NCBI RefSeq assembly: GCF_006345805.1
Contig: NC_043007.1
Span: 27,404,001 to 27,468,000, forward strand
DNA from: Octopus sinensis
Taxonomy: Eukaryota
Reading direction: 5' to 3'
Length of the DNA: 64,000 bases
Part shown: positions 54,021 to 64,000 of the stretch, in pieces
Layout: every line of letters starts with the position of its first letter
Numbering within the stretch: the first letter of the stretch is position 1
Notes under the pieces: generated by a model
The model's input: the letters and a program-made list of their open reading frames with translations, nothing else
Told to the model about the DNA's origin: nothing
Databases searched by the model: none
Position numbers and translations under genes: made by a program

Positions 54021-54693
54021 CAAATTTGAAACCAATATTAATAATCCTAATTACCCTTCTGATTTCCATTCTATAAACTATATCTATTTAAGGCTCCTTA
54101 ATTTCTAGCTTTCAGTGTCGGTGTTACAGCGCGCAATTGACAAGAATAAGAAGGTGTTTATCCATTTTAATACAGGCATTTCCCCCTGAATTCAAAATTT
54201 TTACAGATTGTCTTTTGATGTAACTTAATTCCAGTGCGAAAGGTTTTATCGGTAAGATATTTCTACGTCTTAATTTATGACACATCCTATTATTGGGTAA
54301 GTAATACTCTGCTAGTTATATCTCGATTAAAACAGCTATTGTTTTTGTATCATATTATCGGATTTAGATATCTCTTTCTTATTCACATCGCTAACTGCTC
54401 TATAATTTACGTCAAAAAATAGAAGATAATTCTCTCCGTTAATCTCGTGTATAAACCAATAATATTCTGCAAATGATCATATCTTATATGTCAGGAGACG
54501 CTTTTCTTTTTATTCCTACCAAACTTATTTGCCTGTATGAATTTAAATAAAATATGTTCGTGTGTTGTAGACAAAAGTTCGTTACGGCATCTTGTGAAAA
54601 GCATTTCATGAAAACGCACAGTTTTAACAATGTTTTTCACGGAAACTGTACTGTGATGTAATGTTTTAATTAGAAACATCATTATTGATTTTG

Positions 54694-54774
54694 AACTAGT
54701 CATGGTATAGTGGAATGTTTAACTAGTCATGGTATAGTGGAATGTTTAACTAGTCATGGTATAGTGGAATGTTC
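54694..54774. repeat. 27-bp tandem repeat x3
   Basis: AACTAGTCATGGTATAGTGGAATGTTT repeated, one mismatch in the last copy. Confidence 0.97.
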
Positions 54775-54792
54775 TACTCTGTCACCAGTATT

Positions 54793-55142
54793 ATTACATC
54801 CTCCTTAGCGAAGGCGGAGGTATTGGTTTCCATTTTGTTTGTTTGTCTGTCCGTAGACAAGATATCTCAAGAACCACTGGATGGATTCGGATGAAACATT
54901 CAGGGATGTTTGGTCTCGTAACAGGCATAAAATGCTTAGATTTTGGGATCGATCTTGTACCGGACAAGCATTCTGGATGATTTTTCTTGTTCGTTTACAT
55001 AATTTTTGAGAGAGGTCAGGCTCATTTTTAGTATTCTCGTTTGTGAGAGCAGCCGAGTTTATTTCAGATATTCTCATTTTAAAAATCCTCTTTGGAGAGG
55101 ACGTTGCTGTTGCCTTGGGAGAGGTTTGCACTCTCTCAGTGC
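54793..55142 (+). mobile_element. Helentron-associated (HINE/DINE-1-like) non-autonomous element; partial second copy at 55658-55775
   Basis: 5' CCTCCTTAGCGAAGGCGGAGG subterminal palindrome, GTTTGTCTGTC microsatellite, 3' CCTTGGGAGAGG repeat and terminal stem-loop GCACT-CTCTC-AGTGC. Confidence 0.8.
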
Positions 55143-55367
55143 TCGTGATATTGTTGTAATTATTATTACTCAAAATCTGACAGTTTCATATAAATTTCTA
55201 CTGCATCATCGGTTGCATTACCGTGCTCCTGGTGTTTAAGCAGCATTGTGCGTTCTTTTTTGTTGGTGGTGGAGTGCGAACACTTCCCGATATTGTATTG
55301 CGTCGGTTTTGTTGTGGGTCAGGTTGCAGTCTTTTGTAGGGCTAGTGTTTGTATTGTATGCGAGTGA

Positions 55368-55369
<2 letters not shown>

Positions 55370-55398
<29 letters not shown>

Positions 55399-55522
55399 CT
55401 TCTTCTTCTTTCTTCTTCTTCTTCTTCTTCTTCTTCTCCTTCTTCTTCTTCTTCTTCTTCTTCTTCTTCTTCTTCTTCGTCTTCTTCTTCTTCTTCTTCT
55501 TCTTCTTCTTTTTCTATTATTA

Positions 55523-55568
<46 letters not shown>

Positions 55569-55587
55569 CATTATTATTATCATTATA
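55370..55587. repeat. (CTT)n then (ATT)n microsatellite
   Basis: Direct reading. Confidence 0.95.
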
Positions 55588-55895
55588 CGTTTGACTTTTG
55601 CTTTGCATTTGTACAAGTTGGCTCCAAGTCTCACCCGGAGACCTCAAGAGACAACAAGTTTGTCTGACCGTAGACAAGATATCTCAAGAACCGCTGGATG
55701 GATTTGGATGGAATTTTCAAGGAAGTTTGGCCTCGTGACTGGCACAAAATATTTAGATTTTGTACCGGACAAGTTCATGTTGTCGTTATGTTTAGGGTGC
55801 CATATATTGGAACACAGAAGCATGTGGAAGCAAGCTTCTTGCCACACAGCCACATCTAAACAAACAAATAAATAAATATCTCTCTCTCTCTCTCA

Positions 55896-55961
<66 letters not shown>

Positions 55962-56590
55962 CAATTAGCAATCATTACTATCTGGAAGATGTTTTTTAAT
56001 CGTTATACCCAATTTCGTCCTTATATTTCTCTTCCCAAGGAAGCCATCAACGCGTCAAGATACAGAGAGAAAGCAGGACAACAAGGTTGTTCTAGGGAGA
56101 GTAAGAGAAATTTTCTTCTACAGGGACAAGCAACAGTCAATAAAAGAATTGATATAAGTTGTTTACAGCCGTATCCAAAAATCCATAACTGTTTTAAAAC
56201 ATGTAAGAAATAATTACTTTTCAATGTTATTGAATATCTATTTGCAATTAAATGCGGTGTGTCATGGTGGTGGCACGTATTGCAGAGAATGTTATAATTG
56301 TAATATATGTACTGCTGTACGTTCGATGTATGCTGAAACAATTAACAAATTACTCGACAGTAAAATGATGAAGAGATAAAGATGCAAAAATATAAGTAAA
56401 ACGGCAAACAACAAACGATTTAGCGAAAGCTATTCGAAATATCAAATTAAACTGCATTTCTCTTTGTCTTTTATGAAATACGCATCAATATCCGCAGATG
56501 TACTAATACAATCGGACACATACACACCCACAGATCTGTATATCTATATGTATATATATAATATATATGTATTATATGTGATATATATAT

Positions 56591-56628
<38 letters not shown>

Positions 56629-56629
56629 G

Positions 56630-56672
<43 letters not shown>

Positions 56673-56966
56673 ATATATACATATGTCTATATATACATAT
56701 GCCTATATACGTATGTATACATATATTATATATATATATAATATAATAATATAATATATATATGCATGTCTATATATATATATATATATTATATATGCGT
56801 ATATATATAGTGTAGATATATATATTGCATATACTCTTATATATGTATCTCTGCGTATGCGTCCATGCCTGTAGTATTATTAAAATGTTATATGTAGAAA
56901 TATACGTACATATGTATATATATATATTCATATATGTATATACATTTAGAATTTAATATTTCTGAG

Positions 56967-57013
<47 letters not shown>

Positions 57014-57077
57014 ATATATGAGTGTCTGTGTGTATGCATGCGTGCCTGTATGTATATTACAATTTATATATGTATAA

Positions 57078-57110
<33 letters not shown>

Positions 57111-57118
57111 TTATATAT

Positions 57119-57163
<45 letters not shown>

Positions 57164-59309
57164 GTATTATATAATATTCATAATATGTATATATTCATAT
57201 GTGTCTCTGTGTGTATGCGTGCCAATTATGTATATATATATATATGCATATATAAAATAGATGTATATATATATATATGTGTATATATGTTTATGTATAT
57301 ATATATATATATATAATATTCTATGCGTAAATATATTCAGAGAGAGTGAGAGAGAGACAGAGTGTGTGTGTGTAAGAGTGGAGGAATTGTAAACGATTAT
57401 ATAATTATGTTTAAGGCTATACCAGATTTCTTATATGTATAGCTTTTTGAATGTTTTACAAATTATATTTCAGTTTTGCATTTAATTTCTATGCAATTAT
57501 TGCGCAAGTGTTCCACGAGATATTTCTAATAGACAGAAAAATGAAATGAACAGAAGATGGCAAAGAACACACAAACAATAAGAGAAATTATTACAACTAT
57601 AAATAATTGTCCCCGCGGACAGAGAGCATTTGACCAAATTTCAACGCAGAATTTCAGTTGTTATACATATGACGAATTATTCTTCACAGCGCTGTTGTAT
57701 TCGTTTATGTTTCATCGTTGTATCGCAAATATTTTTAACAGCGTTACTGATCAGTTTGTGAAGCCGATTTATTTGACCTCAGTGTATCGCTGTTATTCAT
57801 TCTACTAGAGGGACCCGTGAATATTTCACGGAAAGAATACTTTACGGAAATAATTTATTGGGTAGTTCCTGATGACATTATCCCACCACACTAAAAGGAA
57901 GTAAATTGAAGGCGTAGCCTGTGTTGTATCTGTATTATCTGTATGAAAAGAAAGACGCTCATTTGCTCATTCCTGAAAAGTGAAGGAAACTGGAAAACGA
58001 TGATCACTTAATGCACTTTATACATACATCCATACATACATACATACATACATGGTGGCTGCTCCCTCGTTATCGAATATGGTCATTGCACGAAGCTTAA
58101 TCAATGTTGTTATCGGGCAATGCCTGTGCAAGAAGATTTTTTGTAAAGTGAGGAAAGGCTGTGCACTGAGTCAATCCCACTCACTAAGCAACAGCAGCCA
58201 TAATCCGAAAAGAAGAATTCAACATCATCGGTAACCACTGAGCCGCAGGTTTTATGTCGGAGTTATCCCAGTTACCTGAGTTACCTTCACCTAGAAGGAT
58301 GCCCTAACAAAGGCTGGGAGTCCTTCACTCCCAATGGTTCAATCGCGCGATCGGGTATTCAGTCCGATTATTTCTATGTCACCGCGCATGATACAGCCTT
58401 AAGACATTTATTGGATGGCCGTTGACTCTCAAGAGTTCCACCGCCCTTTGACGGGCTTTGTTTTTCATCCCGCAGAGTGTCCAATAAACACCCTCCTCAC
58501 CAAGCGAGCTTGGCGGGGTTGCCGGTCTATATATATAGGACGGGCTTCTTTCTGTTTCCGTCAACCAAATATTGTTAGGCCCTAAGCTGTTGTAGAGCAC
58601 ACACACTTTCGCATGATGCCTCGCAGTGGGACTGAACACGAAACTATTGTTAATATTTTTCATGGTGAAAAACGGACTTGTGCCGTTTCGCTTTTATTAT
58701 GGAATCGGGGTGCCATTGTGCTTGGTAGTAAGTAATATATTAGATATATTGATATATTCACACATACCTCTTCAAGGCATGATGAGATGGCGAGGTGGCA
58801 AAATCGTTTGTGCGGCAGAAAAAATTCTTACCTCTATTCTTTCCGGCAATTTAAGTTCTAACTTCGATTTTAAAAAGCCCGTGTTCACTTTTTTCTTTTA
58901 AGATTCGATATAATATATACAAACGGGGGTGCCCCTACATGACCCCAGCTTTAAAGCTGAAACAATTTAAAGAACTTAAAAGTTAAAGAATTTGATTTGA
59001 ATATTGTGCTCGAGGAAATGGAAGAAAAATTCGCCGCAAAATTCCTGGCGTTCTACAAAAATTAGAAAGTATATGATTAAACTGCTATGGATTTGAGATA
59101 ACGCCGTAAACAAAGAATTCAATGCGTTCTTTGACGGTTACTTATTCCTGTGAAATAAAATTCCAGTTATTTTGAATAATACCGATTTTTTATGTTTTAA
59201 GAGAATGAGAAGATATCTCGTTTAGAAAGACAAATGAAAAAATGATAACGCGCAACAAAAGTGAAGAATTATGAACAGTAAATAATAAATATAATAAATG
59301 ATATTAATT

Positions 59310-59564
59310 CTTGTTTCTTCTTCTTCTTCTTCTTTCTTCGCCTTCTTCTTTTTCTTTTTCTTTTTCTTCTTCTTCTTCATCATCATCATCTTCTTCCTCC
59401 TCCTCCTCCTCCTCATCATCATCATCATCATCTTCTTCTTCTTCTCCTTTTTTCCTCCTTCTTCTCCTTTTCCTTCTTCTTTTCCTTCTTATTATTATTA
59501 CTTTTCTTCTTTTTTTTCTTCTTCCTCTATTATCTTCTTCTTCTTCATCATCATCATCTTCTTC

Positions 59565-59604
<40 letters not shown>

Positions 59605-59790
59605 CCTCATCATCATCATCATCATCATCATCTTCTTCTTTTTCTCCTTCTCCTTTTTCTCCTTCTTCTCCTTCTTTTTCTTCTTCTTATCATTATTATT
59701 ATTATTATTTTTCTTCTTTGTTTTATTCTTCCTCTATTATATTCTTCTTCTTCTCCTCCACCTCAGCCTCCTCTTTCTTCTTCTTCTAAC
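59310..59790. repeat. (TTC/ATC)n compound array
   Basis: Direct reading. Confidence 0.95.
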
Positions 59791-59884
59791 AGCAACAACA
59801 ATAACAAAAGATACCAGAAGAACGTCAACAACGGCAATGATAATCATTGTACTTTCCACGGTGAGAAAAACAAATATATACATA

Positions 59885-60032
59885 TATACGACGGGCTTCT
59901 TTCAGTTTCTGTCTACCAAATCCACTCAGAAGGCTTTGGTTGGTCCGAGGCTATAGTGCGACGCAGCGGGACTGAACCCGGAGCCATGTGGTTCGTAAGA
60001 AAGATACTTACCACACAGCCACTCCTACGCCT
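59885..60032 (-). mobile_element. tRNA-derived SINE family S4 (related fragments at 47803-47915, 58545-58650 and 49811-49856)
   Basis: Reverse complement GGCGTAGGAGTGGCTGTGTGGTAAG...GGGTTCAGTCCC...GAAAGAAGCCCGTCG-TATATA. Confidence 0.8.
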
Positions 60033-60051
60033 ATAAATATATATGATTCAC

Positions 60052-60715
60052 AATCTTTAATATGGACACATGTTTATCTGAGTTTATGTTTCCCTCACAC
60101 TCCATCAGCTCTGGTCAACTATTCCTCGAAATTACTCCCCTGACCATCACAGAGTAATGGTCATGTTTCAGTGATGGTTGCAACCTCTTCGCATTAATTT
60201 CTTGATCTCAGAATCTCCAGAACCACACACTCAACCACCGTCAGAAAATAGAGCAAATCTGGACTCATCTCAGAATATGCCAATGTGCCAATTTGTTAGT
60301 GATCGCTCCACCATCTCACTGGCCCAATCTTTTCTCCGCTTCATATTGGCTGGCCGAAGAAGTGATTTCCTTCTTCCAGCACTGCTATAGCAGCCAAGCT
60401 TATGGAGATTTCTGACATCTGTTCTGGGACTAACATCAATATACTTTGCTATGTCAGAGGCTTTTCAAAGAGGATTATCCTGTACACATCTCTTAACAAA
60501 GCGAAGTCTCTTGTCACAGGGTCCCCCGTCGACTTGGGCTAGGTAATGTGGACTCCTTCCTCCCTCTGGTGAATTGCACAAACACGCTATTAACTACAGA
60601 AAGCGGGATCCCAATTTTCTATGCTGTTTCACGTTGAATAGTTCCCTCAAGATTGACCCACAATATGGCCTCTTTGAAATTCGGACAGTTCCAAGGCTTC
60701 TTTTGTACGTAGCAT
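60052..60715 (-). pseudogene. Tc1-family transposase pseudogene (N-terminal half to the second catalytic Asp region)
   Basis: MLRTKEALELSEFQRGHIVG, VKRCVQDNP..ASDIA..VSPRT, RRKSLLRPAN, *DESRFALF, KHDHYSVMV, CEGNINS; several stops and frameshifts. Confidence 0.92.
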
Positions 60716-62249
60716 GGTTTAAACACTTACATATAGAACGTGAAACATAAAAATGTTAATTAATAAAAAATATGGACCTTTTCAACTTAAGATAAATATA
60801 AAACGATGTTTATGGTGTGTCTATTACTTCTGCCATGTCTGTATGTATGTACGTATGTATAGGTGTGTGTAGAGTGCATGAGTGCTACATATACACACAC
60901 ACATACAATATATATATACAACATTATATAATATAATATATATATATAATACATATATACATATATATATCTATATACATATTTATATATAGACAAATAT
61001 ATATATATATAATACATATATATATTATAAATAATAAATAAATGTATATTATATATATATATATTATAGATATATATATTATATATATTCTATATATACG
61101 TATTATGTGGGGGGCATATGTAGGAAATATACTTGTTTTAAATAGATTCTGCACTGTCCTTACTGTTTTTGTATACTTTTTGATATCTAATTTTCCTGTA
61201 ATAATTCAATTCTATTTTCATTCATTTACTTATTTCATACCTATTCCACCCCACTTCTTTATCATATTTTACAGGCTATTATTCCGTATTTTTCTTTTGT
61301 AATATTGAACATATTTTATAGATTCTGATCATGCTTATCTTTTCCTGTACATTGTTCGAGGAAGTGCATTGCTAGCGTTTCCCAGAATATTTTTTGGGTT
61401 TATGTCTGGCATGGTATCATGTTTGTGATAAGATCGCCTTGATAAATAACATATCTATAGCTTATGCGCCTTGTATGGTCTATATGTTTTAAGTTCGTGG
61501 TTTTTTCTTCTTTAGGCTGGCTCTATTAATACGAGTACCAAAGGTTGAATAGCATGTTTCCATTTTTCTTTTGTATTATAATGTTTAAAATCACAATGTC
61601 CTTTTTTCGGAGTACGTTATTTGTACTGTTTAGTAACTCGTTCATACTAATTGTATACTTGCAAAGCAGAGTTGGAGTAAAACACATGTTATGTAATTCC
61701 TTCACAACTGCTGATTATTATAGTTTTCATGATAGCGTTTACGTTTTTAACGCTGTACATAACTCATGGTTGAACTGCACCTCTCAGGGGTCGAAAACAT
61801 TGATATCCGTTTGGCAGCTGATGAAGGAATTCACGCATTTTTCATGGCTTCATGTTTTGTGGAGATTACTTGCATTAATATCCGTTGTTTTTATTCATAG
61901 ATAACCATAGTAAGAGTAGATAAAGCATTGATATTCGTGTCTTAGTTCTGGGGAGCTCTTTGGCGTACAACCTAAAGTATATTTATACATCTATGTGTGT
62001 ACATACATATATAACGGTGTATATATATATATATATATATAATATATATATATATATACGTGCATATGCATATAGGTGTATATTATTTATAAATATATGT
62101 GATATATATACTATCATCTATATAAAAATCATATATATATATATACGTATACATATATGTATCTTCTATATATATATATGTATATATATATATGTATATA
62201 TATATATCATATCTATATATATACATATAAATATGTATATAATATAATA

Positions 62250-62578
62250 GTCGGGACCCCTTCGGTCCGACACTGACCATGGGATTGTACCTAGGAAGTT
62301 ACCTCCTAGTCACAAGTCTGGCAAGGTGTTTATGGAAGACCAGCATCGCCCATCATACCGGCCTTCCCTCTACACGCCACCAGTGTTATCAAGGGAAAGA
62401 CAAAGTCGATACAGCTTGGCACCTGTGACGTCGCAACTCATTTCTACAGCTGATTGAACTGGAGCAACGGAAGTAAAGTGTCCTGCTCAAGAAACCACCA
62501 CGCAGCCCGTCCGGGATTCGAGCTGACAACCTCACGATCGTAAGCTCGAACCTCTAACCACTGAGCCATACGCATTCA
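62250..62578 (-). mobile_element. SINE with S2 head and a fourth 3' module
   Basis: TGGCTCAGTGGTTAG, CTCGAATCCC, TTGAGCAGGACACTTTA...GTTGCTCCAG..CAGCTG..AATGAGT, then an unrelated tail. Confidence 0.8.
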
Positions 62579-62622
62579 CTTATATATATAAATATATTAT
62601 ATTATACATGTATATATACATA

Positions 62623-62701
<79 letters not shown>

Positions 62702-62874
62702 GTGAAATAGAAAAGATGAATAATCTTTTGCAGATTAACAAGTTTAACCGTTACCTGTAGCAAAAATCACAGCAAAGACAGCACGGTTGGAGGTACAACC
62801 ATATGGGCTTTAGGAGCCTCGTTCGATTTGTTTTGCTGCGCCTCGTTTTTGTTTTGTTTTGCCAACGGATTTCC

Positions 62875-62966
62875 TATTTCTTCCTGAAGAGAAAGACACA
62901 ATATGTCTCCTTATTCAATCGGAATTTGGTAAATTGTGGCTTTCGAAACCCGTGTAGAATGCAATA
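62875..62966 (+). ncRNA. Type I hammerhead ribozyme, family C (homolog of 2396-2494)
   Basis: TTC CTGAAGA GAAAGACACAAT...ATTGTGGCTTTC GAAAC CCGT GTA / GAA; stem II 11/12 bp; GUA cleavage predicted after 62956. Confidence 0.7.
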
Positions 62967-64000
62967 AAACGATTTCTGTTCAATCTTCGTTCAACTCCAT
63001 TTCTTCAATTCACTAATAATATTATATATATATATATATTTATAAATATATACAGAGTGCATAAGGTATTTGAGGACATATTTGAGGCTATATATATTCT
63101 ACCAGTTAATTTATAATTAACATATAATTTGCATGTTCTACGGCCTCAATATTCCACTAGTTAATACTATGTTTCAGTCTTTATAGATACCACCTAATAA
63201 ATAAACAATTTAGTCTTAAATGATTGAATTAATAAGCAATTTCTATATAATCTCCTTTTATCTAACGTTAATAAGGTATATATATATTCTTCATCATGGC
63301 GTTAGTGATTAAGCTATTTATTCCTTTCTATAGTGTACTATCTTACCTGATCATATTATTATTTTATACCAGGCTTTATAAAATTAAACCCAATTTTTGC
63401 ATCCCTAGATATTTTTATTAGCTTATATATAACAGCACCGGCAGCTTTACTACGTATAATATACGTCTTAGATTATAATTAATATATAGTTAGCATGTAC
63501 TATGGTCCCAGCACTCCTTTGTTAATGTCAGTAAATATATATATATATATATATATAACTATATATATAGACGTATATAATAATATATTCTTTATTTAGT
63601 AATTATATACATATGTATAAACATATATACATTATATATAATATATATATATATATAATATATATAGGGCATGATAATTTTAAAATCCTACATCAGTTGT
63701 CTCTCAGCGTCTAAATAATTATCTCTATCTATTGTATTCGCAGCACCATGCCTCAATAGATATATCTCAATATGCTTTCTAATGTATTTGCATGCAAATA
63801 ACAAAAGATGGTAGCACCTAATAGAGCTCTAACATATCCTTTCATTGCTTCACGTTTTCCAATTGTCGAAGTTCCTTTATCATAATTATAAAAATTCTTC
63901 TTCACAATGGCTTGTGATTATTAGGTCATATGACACCTAGGATTAAAATTCTTAATTTTGTACCATTGAACAGAATTTAGTGTTCGAGCATACAGAAGGC

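Noticed and set aside
54694-54774. CRISPR-like direct repeats
   Set aside because: No spacers, no cas genes, and a eukaryotic context
61320-61900. Possible degenerate Penelope endonuclease on the minus strand
   Set aside because: Only vague motif echoes with many stops; not supportable without a profile search
63020-64000. AT-rich stretch initially suspected to be a mitochondrial insertion
   Set aside because: No mitochondrial gene, tRNA or rRNA motif recognised

Overview
No host protein-coding gene, rRNA, genuine tRNA or CRISPR array can be supported here. The window is AT-rich, intergenic or intronic animal DNA crowded with microsatellites. Its repeat content (TA/TATG/ATT arrays, tRNA-derived SINEs, RTE, R4/Dong and Penelope elements) suggests a coleoid cephalopod such as Octopus, which is an inference. 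Most of the supplied ORFs are translations of simple repeats. The real coding remnants are all transposon-derived: an RTE LINE with an inverted 5' part (41.5-43.1 kb), five R4/Dong-like fragments, two Tx1/L1-like 3' fragments, Penelope RT and GIY-YIG fragments, two Tc1 pseudogenes and an internally deleted mariner with intact TIRs. Non-coding mobile elements include a Helitron, a Helentron/HINE-like element, a MITE and many SINEs. The most notable signal is a set of type I hammerhead ribozyme motifs in short non-coding repeats that are probably Penelope-derived. They fall into three sequence families with compensatory stem changes: about three copies have canonical cores, and others have variant cores (A6U, U4C, extra A after A9). 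Related short repeats repeatedly form fold-back pairs. There is a 100-N assembly gap at 39100-39199. All alignments and folds were done by eye, and repeat-edge coordinates are approximate.
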